Origin: Azolla caroliniana
Lineage: Eukaryota > Plantae > Polypodiophyta
Length of the DNA: 64,000 nucleotides
NCBI GenBank assembly: GCA_043228905.1
Contig: JBHGNT010000001.1
Coordinates: forward strand, 17,360,001 to 17,424,000
Reading direction: 5' to 3'
Shown here: positions 37,433-48,633 of the stretch, one piece after another
Numbering within the stretch: position 1 is the stretch's first letter
How the letters are laid out: every line of letters starts with the position of its first letter
Program-made: the position numbers and the translations under genes
Notes under the pieces: model-generated
What the model was told of the DNA's origin: nothing
What the model saw: only the letters and a program-made list of their open reading frames with translations
Database searches by the model: none

Positions 37433-37817
37433 TGTCAAGACTGAGAGAGAGAAAGAGAGAGAAAAAGAGATAGAGAGATAATTGAAAGAGAATTATTATA
37501 TTGAAGCGTAAAATGGATTACAAAGAGTAGGCTACAAAATGGCGTTGAACCAATTTAGGTTTGGGATGGGTGGTAGATCCCTATATATAAGTAATAGAGA
37601 ACACTCTAGAATATTCTAGGTCATTCTAGAATGTAGAGTAATATAGAATATTCCTATGATATTAGATTTCATATTCTAGAGACTATACATATAAGAATAT
37701 TAATACAATGGTTAAGGATTTGACATGTGTACAACAAGGTCGTGGGTTCAAATCCTTTCGAGTCATAATGTGAGTGTCATGATCCTTTCCATGCATGATG
37801 TGACTGTTATCATGACA
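37433..37817 (-). repeat. 5' LTR of B
   Basis: Direct repeat of 32119-32589; followed by GTTTGAACCAATTT instead of a tRNA PBS. Confidence 0.95.
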
Positions 37818-37836
37818 ACATCATAACTCTAACAGT

Positions 37837-37848
37837 TGGTATCAGAGC
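37837..37848 (+). promoter_or_regulatory. tRNA-iMet PBS of Z
   Basis: TGGTATCAGAGC, 2 nt after the LTR-terminal CA. Confidence 0.9.
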
Positions 37849-38073
37849 TTATGTTTCTTTTGTTGGTTTTGTCTTCTTGATGGATGGCGATCGATCAACG
37901 TGTGGTCGACCTTGTTCCAAATAGCAATCAACAAAGGAACTTCGGTAATCTTCTTCTTTTTTTTGTATTTTTTCTTCTCCCATCTAATCATGTATATGGT
38001 CAATATGTAATGTTTTTCATTGATTCAATGATGTTGTAGTGGTAATTAATTGGTTGTATAAAACATTTACATA

Positions 38074-38332
38074 TGTGTATGAGGTCAATACCTCATTTGA
38101 CATATATTTAATATGTGATTAGTGTCATATGCGTACGAGGTTAATACCTCAATTGCGTATTACGACATACATATGTTACGTTTGCGTATGAGGTCAATAT
38201 CTCGATTTCCATTTAAATTATATGTGTTTGGTGTCGTATGTGTAAGAGGTCAATACCTCAATTGCGTATTACGATTAACCCTTCATTTTGGATGTTTCGT
38301 GTGCATAGAGGCTATATGCCTCGATTACGTGT
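38074..38332 (+). repeat. Five degenerate ~55-60-bp repeats with hairpin core GAGGTCAATACCTC in the 5' UTR of Z
   Basis: Cores at about 38081, 38137, 38190, 38246 and 38308. Confidence 0.7.
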
Positions 38333-39586
38333 CTAGATTTCATCAGATGTTGGTTATTTGATGTTACGATTTTTTTTAATATATGCATATGTAGTCACGT
38401 GTATACGTAATTGATCCTTTTTGTGAGAATGGCGTAGTCACCATCCTTTTTTCAACAAATTGTTTTGTTGACATCCCCGTTGGTCACTTCGATTTCGATA
38501 TGTAACGAAACGATCATAGCCACAATGATGGTGAGAACGTAGTGCTTGACCCACTTCATGTGAGGTTGCTCCTAGGACACACATATCCAACATCCCTCCC
38601 TCATTACATGGATACGATGCTACCATGAGATCATTCTTATGAAAGGCATTCGTAATGACGTAACCATGTGATGGGCCACGTGGGCCTACTACGAAAAGAG
38701 GGCTCATTTGGTTGGACCATTAGGTTGCACTTTGGCGTATGCTATCATAATTATGAGACTTGAGGTTAGGTAACGTACCAACATAGTTTGTGGTAAATGA
38801 GGGGGAAATAAGGACTCTTGACATATATGTTTCTTTTAAAAAAACATATATGGGCAAACGCCTCGCATATCTCTTATATGCATAAAATGTTAAATATTCA
38901 ACACGAGCAACCTATTTGGTTAGCTCAAGTGTTTAATGTATTTGTTCTCGAGGTCTCGAGTTCAAATATGACCAAGACCACACAACATTATTGATACATA
39001 TGACTATAATACATGTTTAGACTTTAGGTCTAAGTGCACTTTGGGGTCCTCGTAATAGGACTTAAAGAGCCAAAACCACATATGTGGGTACAGAAACGTA
39101 GGTTATTGTTAAGATTTTTTTCGTGTATAAACTATTCATGACGCGAACATACATAGTTGAGCCTCGGGGAGCCGCCACGAAAAAATCGATATAGAGATCA
39201 AGGAAAGACATTCATTTATCACCCCCATGGTTTTTAAAACACCTTTGTGTTACCATAGTAACCTGATCTTGAACCTCATCTCATACGTCTAGAGGGGTAT
39301 TGACATGAGATCATGATATCGATGAATGTTTGCCCATGATATGTTTACATCACAACATGATGTTATGACTATTTCTGTGACCTTATCGTATTTCTTTGCT
39401 AGAAATAATCATTCAATGGCTCAGAATAACGACTTGATGTCATCCGCTCAAGCGGAAAGAACTCAAGTAAATCCTCTTGGGCCAATGTCCATTGAGTCGT
39501 ATTTTTTACAAATACAAAATTTCCTTAGTTCAACCGCGCATCAGATGTTTGAACTTCAGCAATCTCAAAGTGCTCTCGAGGCACGT

Positions 39587-40202
39587 TGTCATGGAGAAAA
39601 CTGCCCATAGGAGGAATCAAGGGGACGAGGCGTGACCCAATCCTTTCTGTGTGTGTATGTGTGTTTATGAATTGTACATAACTAGGAATAGATCGGCTGA
39701 TGTACATATGCACTAGGAAGGGTATTAATTGTCTAGGGAATCGACGCATATCTCTGTACGAAAGTATAGAGAATAAAGTTGATGTGCTTTGATGTAATGG
39801 CCTCCTCGGAGACCTATAAAAGGGAGGGGAGAAGAAGAAAAGAATATCGTGTTTTGGCGAGGACGAAGTGTTGTCGGACTGGGGACTGAGCTCTCTCCTC
39901 AACCATTGCTCTCCACTATGTTTTTGTGTCGGTTGCCTCTGCTGCATGTAAGCCCATGTGCTTCCACCAGAGGCTCCACCGTGCGTTCTCTGTGTCATCC
40001 GTGTGTGTGCGTGGGACCTCTGTTTTGGGTCTGTTGCCGGTTTGCCGGTTGTAATCGTTGTTGACATTGTAATTGAATCTTCCGTTCTCGTCTCTCTCCC
40101 TATGTTTCTGTGAATCGCTCTCCCTCTTCTTTCTCACACTCCTTGGTTTAGAGCCCCTGCGGTCCTACCTCATTTCACATGCGAGAGTGTAACAACATGA
40201 CA
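39587..40202 (+). repeat. 5' LTR of X
   Basis: TGTC...GACA termini, direct repeat of 58505-59118, TATAAAA at about 39815. Confidence 0.93.
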
Positions 40203-40207
40203 TTATT

Positions 40208-40225
40208 TGGTGAACCCGACGTGAA
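40208..40225 (+). promoter_or_regulatory. tRNA-Trp PBS of X
   Basis: Complementary to the plant tRNA-Trp 3' end ...UUCACGUCGGGUUCACCA (recalled sequence). The same motif is present for Y at 52709-52726 on the minus strand. Confidence 0.85.
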
Positions 40226-40614
40226 AGAAGGCGGCAAAGGAGTTGAAGATGAGGGGATCCAAGCTTGCTGAAGCTATGGTAGTAGCCGTCGACTGGCTAG
40301 TGAGCGCTCGTGAGGGAACGGGTGCCCTCGATAGGGCCATAGAATCGATTGTCGGCGCCATAGGCCGATTCGGTGGGAAGAATGCCACGAGCTATTTGGA
40401 GGCCTATCGGGCTGAAATGATCATGAGGGACATCCTGGAGGACAGGCGGCTGTCCGGATTCCCTCGGAGGTGCTCGAGGTGTTGGCTTAATGCCAAGCTT
40501 GGGTTGAGCTTGAGGGGTGGCTCCTCAAGAAGTATGGGTACGACAATTCTCTTCGGTTGTCGAAGCGGGACTTCATGGCTTGGGTTGAGAGCCCTGGAAA
40601 GGGGAGGAACACGT

Positions 40615-41270
40615 TGTCCCGAAGTTTCGCGCGTGCGTGTAGGAAGAGGCGGGGCCACGGGGGTCTTGGACCAAGGAGAGAGTGAGAGAGAGAGTGAGAG
40701 AGAGTAGTAGACACACAGAAAGAAAATAAGAGCAAGAAACAAGAATCCGATTACTATAATCAGTAGCTTACAACTCAAACAGTTACACCCGGCAAACCGG
40801 TAATGGACCTGACACAGGGTCCTACTCACACACACAGACGACAGCCACTCGACTCGAAGAAACAAAAAGGGGGAGAGCCTCTGCTAGAAGCACACGGGCT
40901 ATCCACGAAGCAGAGGTAGCGAACTCCCGTCACCCACAGAGAACGACGATCGGAGGAGAGAAAGCTCGGCACTCGGTTCTGCAGCAGCACTTCCTCCTTG
41001 CCAACGCGCAATACTCTTTCTTCCTTCTCTCCTTCCTTAAATAGTTCGCCGAGGGGAAACCCTTCTCCCCTAGTAAAATCGCTTTATTCCCTGTCCCTTT
41101 CGACAGAGATACGCACAAATCCCCTAATAAATTTGTACTACCTAGTATTTACATCAGCCGACCTAATTATGAATTATGTACAAAATATCAATTCTCGCAT
41201 CCACCCATGTAAGAGCCGGTTCATGCGCCTTTTTCTCTGATCCCGCCTATGGCCGGTTTTCTTCACGACA
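40615..41270 (-). repeat. 3' LTR of Y
   Basis: Direct repeat of 52731-53392 with an adjacent PPT. Confidence 0.93.
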
Positions 41271-41339
41271 TCCACCCCCACCAAACCGCGCATCCACCGG
41301 CATGTGCCAAAGATGGGTAGATACCAAAGAAAATCGGCT

Positions 41340-44300
41340 TCACTCGTCGCTCTCTGATTCTTCGTCGGGCCCCTCGTCTTCGCTCTCGTCCACGCCCTCC
41401 GGGTCCGGCTCGTTCTCGAACCGCTTCTTGAATGCTTTGATCTGCTTCCCGGCCACCGGTACCGCTAACCGTGTCCCGTCGAGTTCCGCTAGGTAGTACG
41501 TGCCATTGTCGTTCGCGCTCGTCACCGTGCAGGGCCCGAACCATCTCCTCGCGAACTTTCGCACCGCCTTGTGATGATTGTCGAGGCTATTGTTGTACAC
41601 CAAGAGCCAATCGCCTTCCTCGATCTTCTTTGGTCACAACCGGTGCGTCCGGTTGAACCGGGTCTTATTCCGTTCCCTTGCCGCCCACCATGTCCTCCGG
41701 CCTCCGCTCAAGTTGCCGAATCCACGTCGCCAGCAACTCCTCCCGGCTCATCTTGTCCTTCCAATCTACCGCCGCCCACGAAGATACCGTCCATTCCACC
41801 GGCATGATTGGCTTCTGTCCATACATCAGCTCTGCCAGCATAAAACCTGTCACCGAACTGTGCGTAGTTTGGTCCGGCCATAGTGCGTAAGGAAGGAGCC
41901 ACGGCCAATTCCCGACCTGCCCTCCGCATGCACGCACTAATGCCTTTACGATCGGCCCGTGCCCACGTTCTACCTTCCCGTTCGCCTCTGGATTGTACGC
42001 CGTAGTGAGGGAGAGTTTGACCCCTAGCCGGTCGAACAGCTCCTCAGCTTCCTGCGCATCCAGCTCTCCCCCGGTCCGCCACGAGCTTCCCGACGCACCC
42101 ATACCGACACACAACCTCTTCGATCAGGAACCGGCATACCGCCGCGGTTGTCTTGTTCTGCAGTGCACGACCTTCCACTTGGTTCGTTAAATCTACTCGC
42201 GCAAGCACCAGGTATCGCATCTATCCTACTCCCATCGGCATCGTCACCAAGTCCACCATCCACTTGAAATGGACCGTAGGCGGGTAGGTCGGTTGTAGCT
42301 CGTCCCGATCTCGGACTACGGAGTGCATCTGACAGCTTTCGCAAGTCGTTACGAACCAATGCACGTACCGGTACAGCCCCGGCCACCAGTACTTCTCCTT
42401 CAGCTTCTCAAATGTGGCCCACGTTCCGCGGTGCCCAGCCCAGGGACTCTCGTGAAATGCCGCCAGTAATTCCTCCTGTTCTTCTTTCTTTGCCACTACT
42501 CGGAGCGGGATGCCGTTTCTTTTCTTTGGGTGCCTCCATATGCACCCGTCCCGTAGGAAGAATCGGTACGCCTTCCTCCGTACCCGACTCGCCTCTTCTC
42601 TCATCCATGCTGCGTCTGGCACCATCGCCCGTAGGAACCTCCCGATTTGGAACCACTCCCCGTCGTACCTGCTTTCAACGAATTCGTTAAGCGCCGGAGT
42701 GTCCCTTTTCCTCATCGTCACGTTAGCCAACCCGAAGAAGTCCTCGCCGACTTCTTCGTCATCTGAAACCATGTCGTCTTCGTCGTTGAACCTCGATCTC
42801 AAAAGCATGTCGGCCATGGCGTTACCCTTTCCGGAGATGTGCTGTATCTCCGGGTTCAGGGACTTAATGTAGGCTATCCACCGGAGCATTGCTAGGTCTA
42901 GTGTTGCGCATCCAGAAACCATGCCGAGTAACGGCAGGCAATCCGTCTCGATTATTACCTCCGTCCCGATCAGGTAGTCCTTGTCGGCCTTGACTGCCAA
43001 AACGATACCCCATAGTTCGCGCTTGACTTGGGCGTATCCTCGCTGCCGCTCGCTCAATACCTTCGCCCTGAATCGGATCGGGAATCGTACACCGTCCTCA
43101 TCCTCCTGATTAATCACCCACCCGATCCCGGTCGGGCTCGTGTCCACCATCACGTAGATGGGGACTCCCTTGCCATAAACCGCTTTACGGAGAGCTGGCA
43201 CTACCGTAAGCGCCTCCTTTAGTCTCCGGACCGACTCCGTGTGCTCCATCCTCCACTCAAAGCTACGCCCCCCTTTCAATAGTCCGTAGAGGGGTTCCGC
43301 GACATGTGCGTAGTGCGGGATCCAGATGTGGTAGAACGCGCATGCACCCAAGAATCTGCAGACCTCCGTAACCGACCCGCAATCGTTCCTCATCGCGAAG
43401 ATGGCCTCTACCTTTGCCGGAGACAGTTTCCTACTGTAAGGCCCGCACAGGTGTCCAACCACCAAGATCTTCAACTGCCCAAACGCCAATTTTTCCCTGG
43501 AGATGGTGAGTCATGCGCTGTCGAGCCTCTGCGGCACCTTCTCGCAGTCGTTGATGTGGTTCACGATGAACCTCCGGTATACGTCTGACCCGATAGTCTC
43601 ATCTGCATCTTCCACCGGACACCCCTTTATCAGGATGTCATCCAAGAATGGCATGGTCGTGTCAAGGATGCAGTCCCTCAGCACCTTGTTCATTGCGTTC
43701 ACCATATGCGCCACCGAATTCGTCCCGCCTTGCGATAGGGTACACATCCGTACTAGGCCGAGAGGAGTTCGCATCGTCGTGATATCCCTACTCTCCACGG
43801 GTAGTTGGAATTGGTCGTACCCCGAGTATAAGTCACCGACTGAATAGAACGACCTTCTAGCGAAGGCCTCCACGAACTCGTCTATGGTCGGTCCGATTCC
43901 TGCATTACGGATGGTCACCCTATTGACCGGTTGCAGGTCCTCAATGAAGCGCAGTGTGTCGTTCTTCTTTGGCACCGTAAACCACCGATTCGAATATGGG
44001 GCACTCGACGTTTCAAGGATGCCCATCTCCACCTTTTGCTTCAGAAGCTCCATCAACTTCGGGATGTGAGCTCTCGGCACCGGAATCAGTTTGAGATTCC
44101 ACGGTACATGTGGTACCGTGAAGATCACCATCGGTTCGACGATCGTCGGATCCACGCACCCGATCTCCTCTGGCGAGAACGCGAAGGCTTTCCCATGCCT
44201 TCCGAGCATTCTCCGAAACCTGTCCTCCTTCGCCGGCAGTAGAAAGCCACCCCCACCAACCTTGAGCTCCCGTAGCATTATGTCGGTGAACCGGCACCCT

Positions 44301-44790
44301 ATGCCAGCCGGATTCCGTAAACTTGGCTCCGACGCGACCCCTTTTATCCGCTCTTCGCTGCCCTTCGGCAAGGGTGCCGCGACTGGCCTCACCTTCCGGT
44401 CCACAGTCTTGTACTTTGTATCCACGCGGGCCGTCCGATCCGACCTGATCCTTTCCCCGAAGTCCGCGATGACTTCGTACATTCCCATCGAACTAACCAG
44501 AACGGCCTGGTCTTCTCTAAGGTCTTCACCGATCACCTTTCGCAACTCGCCCAAGGTGTCATCAAAAGAGACCGCCTCCATGGCACCGTTGATCTCTTCG
44601 TCGGAGGAGAGGACTCTGCATCCCCTGAGCCGCTCCTCCGCTCGCTTCCTCTCCCGGCCGCTGACGCCGGCTATAGTACAACCTCCGTTTTCGGAGAACC
44701 AAAACTTCCTACCTACTGTACATGTGTGGGGTTCTTCCAGTACGTCCAGACTACCACAACCCCACGCCTTGATAGCCCTCTCTAAAAATA
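41340..44790 (-). pseudogene. pol: Pol (RT-RH-IN) of Y, disrupted
   Basis: ORFs 43511-44581 (DLYSGYDQ, PFLDDILIKG), 42221-43489 (DTSPTGIG, HESPWAGH..CESC), 41665-42114 (YNPEANGKVER) and 41340-41603 (RWFGP). Confidence 0.9.
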
Positions 44791-46862
44791 CCCTCGGTTG
44801 TCGCCGCCGAGGGTCTCGCGATTCCTCTCATGGTTCAGACGTACGGTCATGAACTGGATAGAATGCCCACCGTCTTAGCTCTTGACGCGCGCGTACGCCG
44901 AACCGTTGTCCAGCACCTTCGTCTCCATGCATGCTGTCGTAATGTACGGTTCACCGAGAATCACCGGGTGTGAGGATGTTTCCTGCACGAAGAAATGTTG
45001 ATCTAACTCGACGTCACCGATCTTTACGCGTACATTCGAGCACGCACCATGCAGCTCCTCCGTAGCACGCGTCGCCGCGCATATATTCCACCCATGCTTG
45101 GTGTTGATTGGCCATTTACCCTTCTTGTAGAAATCCATGGACATCAGGTTGATTTCGGATCCATGGTCTACCAAGGCCACCACCGGTCCCGAAACGTCGT
45201 TGATCCGCACAGGGGTTTCCGTAGTTGCCCTGGCCCAATGCAGCTTCGCGTAGTGGCTTTCCGCCAACTCGTCTTCCAGGGCCGTGTCTTCTAAGCACGT
45301 AGTTCACACCTCCACCGGCTTCTCCGGTTCCGGCTCTGTCGAGAGCCTCTTCCGCTTCACCAAGTCTACGATCTTGGCGATTCCCAACATCTCCCACAAC
45401 GACAGCTCCACTTTACTGTCGAGGATCCGCTCTTCAAGGACCTTCTATAGGTCTGTTGCTCTCTCGATTTTGGTGCTCAACCGAAACCCCGCCTGCTTCT
45501 TCCCATCGAGCGTGCCTGGGTTGACGGCACCGGTCGGTTTCGGTCCGAACCGGGTCTCATACCTCTGCGGGGGACCAACCCCTCCAGCCTTTCCTGCCCG
45601 TTTGTCTTCCACTAGCACCTCGTAGTTCTGGCAAGCGGCTTCTATGAAGCCCGTTTTCTCTTCGACCAGATCGTCCCATCCGGTGACCTCCTGGACCCGT
45701 TGTTCCGCGCGGTCCGCCTCTCCCTTCTTCAGCCGAACTCTGAAGAGGCCTTCAAGCACTAGCGGCCAGAATCCAGAGTCCTTCGCCTTCCGGGTCTCGT
45801 CACCCCCGACCCGAATTCTCACCGACACTGAGTAGTTAACGGCTTCTACTTGCCGTGTCGCGGCCTCTTCCATCAACCTCTTCATTCCGCCACGCCCCAT
45901 ATTCAGTTCTAGGGCTCTCCGGGTCTCGCTCGCGTGCACCCGCCCATTCCAGAGGTTCACCACGTTGATCCTGAGTGCGTCGGCGAAATCTGTGCAATCC
46001 TTCCGAATGTGACCAATCGCATCACACCACATGCACCGCTGCCCAGCCGGCGGCCTCCAGTCGCGAGGTTGTTCGCCGTTGTCTCTCCGAGCCTGTGCAA
46101 TCTGCAGGTCGCGCATCATCTGTGTCAGCTCCTCCAGAGCCGCTCCTCCGGATGGGCCTTTGACCCCATCGTTCGATGCCAACCCCGACTCCAGCCAAAT
46201 TCGGGTCTCTTCCTTCCTACCGGCTGGCACCGATACCGGCTCCTCAAGCCTCTTCGTCGGGACCGGTCCTGACTCCGACGAGCTTTCGTCGCTCCACTCG
46301 CGCCGTTTGTCGAAACGACTGCAAACCCGTTTTACCACGGCCTAGTCTGTCGTGAGCCCTTTGTTCGTCTCCAATAGGGGACCCACCTTTTCCCTGTCAA
46401 GTGCGTCCACCGACTTGACAAATAGTAGTACTCGACTCGTTTCGAGCACTATCCGGTACAACGTCGACAACCGCGCAAATAGTTTTTCGAACTCCTGGAC
46501 GAGCGCCGACGTGTTCCTCCCTTTTCCGGGGCTTTCCACCCACGCCATGAACTCCCGCCTCGACAGCCGAAGTGAGTCATCAAACCCGTACTTCTCGAGG
46601 AGCTGCAACTCGAACTCCTCCCAAGTCTGGCATCCAGCCAGCACCTCGAGCACCTCCGCGTGGATGCTCGGCGTCACCACCCGAGGGAATCCGAACAACC
46701 ACCTATCCACCGGGATATCCCTCATGATCATTTCGGCCCAGTAAGCCTCCAAATAACTTGTGGGATTCTTCCCACCGAATCGGCCTATGCTGCCGACAAT
46801 CGATTCAATGGCTCTGTCGAGGGTACCCATCCCCTCGCGAGCGCTCACCAGTCGGTCGATGG
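44782..46862 (-). pseudogene. gag: Gag-protease of Y (N-terminus at 52645-52686, beyond insertion A)
   Basis: ORFs 46342-46848, 45445-46338 (CMWCDAIGHIRKDC) and 44875-45267 (VALVDHGSEINLM...VILGEPY). Confidence 0.85.
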
Positions 46863-47148
46863 TGTCATAACTAGACTCGAACCCATAACCTTTTGTTACA
46901 CGGGTCGAGACTTTACCATTAGGTTATGAATTGTAATTTGAAGGATATTATTTTCATTTAGGTTTTATTGGGAAATTGATGTATATTCCAGATTTCTCTG
47001 GAACATTCTAGAAACTTCAGGAGTATTCCTGAAGACACTATAAAAGGAGGCGCAAGGCATTAGTTCGAACCAAATCGGTTCAACGCCAGTCTTAAGCCTT
47101 TTAACTACTGTTGTATATCTTCCTTCATATAATACATATATCTTTCGC

Positions 47149-47212
<64 letters not shown>

Positions 47213-47345
47213 ACTCATTCCTTCTCTCAAAGTTCGACACCTCTCATAGTACTAATCCTTCTCTGTCTTAGTACTATTCCCCAACAATAGTACTAATCCT
47301 TCTTTTAGTACTAATTCCTTCTCTGCCTTAATAGAGTTCCTGACA
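46863..47345 (+). repeat. 5' LTR of A, containing a (CT)n microsatellite
   Basis: TGTCA...TGACA termini; TATAAAA at 47039-47045; (CT)n at about 47153-47208. Confidence 0.97.
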
Positions 47346-47423
47346 GTTTGAACCGATTTTGGTGTCTGGTCTTTTCTCTCCCTCCTTTCCTACTAGTCTC
47401 TTATTTCCCTTTTCCTTCATCCC

Positions 47424-48593
47424 ATGGCCACCGTTAGCGCTGAAGAGTATCAATCCGTTTTCTCGGAATTTCAATGCTTGAAAGAGAAGTTTCATGCTTT
47501 GGAACAAGAAAATCAACGCTTGCTGGGGGATCTTCAGCAAATTTCCTTAGAAAAGCAGCAAACGCAACAACAGCATGGGGAACTTGCGTTACGCGTGCAA
47601 CAACTCGAAGCAACCATCGTAGCAATGCAACAACAAGGGCACGGAGCACAAGGGATTCATAAAGAACCCAAGATTGGCCTTCCCACGAAGTTCGATGGAA
47701 CGCGATCGCAGTTTAGAGGGTTTCTTAACCAGGTACGGTTAGTTATTCAAATGCATCCATCCCGATATCCCACCGATGCATCACGAGTGGGTTTAGTAGG
47801 CACGTTGTTAAATGGCTCAGCATTAGCATGGTTCGCTCCGCTACTAGAAAAGGAATCTCCAGTACTAAATAATTTTGAAGAATTCATAAGTGAGTTTAAA
47901 GCATGTTTTGGAGATACTGACAGCATAAGGACTGCAATCAACAAAATCCGGCGATTACGCCAAGGTGACCGTCCAGCCTCCGCATATGCTGCAGATTTCC
48001 GCCTACTCGCCGCCGATATCCCCTGGGATGATCAAGCATTGATGGAGCAGTTCCGCTATGGTCTACGCAACGATGTCAAGGATTTACTCTTGACTTTCCC
48101 TGAAGAGCCAAAATCATTAACAGAAGCAATCAGTCGAGCGGTCAGATGTGACAACCGCCTCTTCGAGCGACGTTCGGAACGACAATTTCAGATGCCGAGG
48201 GCAAGATCCGAGCCTACCTATGCCTCAGTGGTAGCAAAACCTTTTCAAAGGGAGTCACATAATGCGCCTCCAGTAAGTACTCCAACTCCAATGGAAATTG
48301 ACACTACACGTCGTCGTGGGCCGCTATCGGAGGAGGAAAAGCAACGACGCCGAACAAACCGATTATGCCTTTATTGCGGTGGACCAGGGCATATCGCGAT
48401 AAACTGTCCCCATAGACCAAGAAGGCAGGTAAACCAAGTCGTTGTTAGTTCTGACTATACTAAACCCGAGTCTATTTCAGTAGGAATCTCTGATAGTCCT
48501 CATAGTCATAATAGTCCTAATAGTACTAATAGTCCGAATCTCGCAAACAAATTTGATGTCCTTAGCCAATTAGAAGAAGAGTTAAACGACTAA
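47424..48593 (+). CDS. gag: Gag of A
   Basis: Intact 389-aa ORF with EPKIGLPTKFDG, LRQGDRPASAYAADF and [14 protein letters not shown]. Confidence 0.95.
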   Translation: MATVSAEEYQSVFSEFQCLKEKFHALEQENQRLLGDLQQISLEKQQTQQQHGELALRVQQLEATIVAMQQQGHGAQGIHKEPKIGLPTKFDGTRSQFRGFLNQVRLVIQMHPSRYPTDASRVGLVGTLLNGSALAWFAPLLEKESPVLNNFEEFISEFKACFGDTDSIRTAINKIRRLRQGDRPASAYAADFRLLAADIPWDDQALMEQFRYGLRNDVKDLLLTFPEEPKSLTEAISRAVRCDNRLFERRSERQFQMPRARSEPTYASVVAKPFQRESHNAPPVSTPTPMEIDTTRRRGPLSEEEKQRRRTNRLCLYCGGPGHIAINCPHRPRRQVNQVVVSSDYTKPESISVGISDSPHSHNSPNSTNSPNLANKFDVLSQLEEELND

Positions 48594-48633
48594 GTCCAGC
48601 CAAAATAGGAGCCGTTTGGTTGGACAGCCCTAG
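48581..48633 (+). promoter_or_regulatory. Predicted -1 ribosomal frameshift signal (G_UUA_AAC plus stem-loop or pseudoknot)
   Basis: In-frame heptamer, 6-nt spacer and 11-bp stem; pol is open in the -1 frame; the heptamer is conserved in B and C. Confidence 0.75.

Larger units (their letters stand above)
32119..37817 (-). mobile_element. Full-length Tcn1-like chromovirus B inserted in the LTR of Z
   Basis: LTRs 32119-32589 and 37433-37817 are nearly identical apart from an 86-bp indel. TSD AGATC/ACATC (one mismatch). PPT GAAGAAGGGGGATAG. Gag, pol and chromodomain present. Confidence 0.97.

Noticed and set aside
44091-44852. Long antisense ORFs over X, Y and G1 coding regions (also 54955-55491, 57927-58568, 2044-2610, 7177-7830)
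   Set aside because: These are shadow frames of GC-rich gag/pol sequence with no recognisable motifs.
46863-46928. Functional tRNA gene
   Set aside because: The anticodon and T stems do not pair properly; only the promoter boxes are kept, so it is reported as a tRNA-like cassette.
46965-47240. ORF with an RE-repeat protein
   Set aside because: It is the antisense translation of the (CT)n microsatellite in the LTR.
47424-48593. Domesticated PEG10/RTL1-like host gene
   Set aside because: It is flanked by LTRs and a TSD and has several copies in the window; it is an ordinary element gag.
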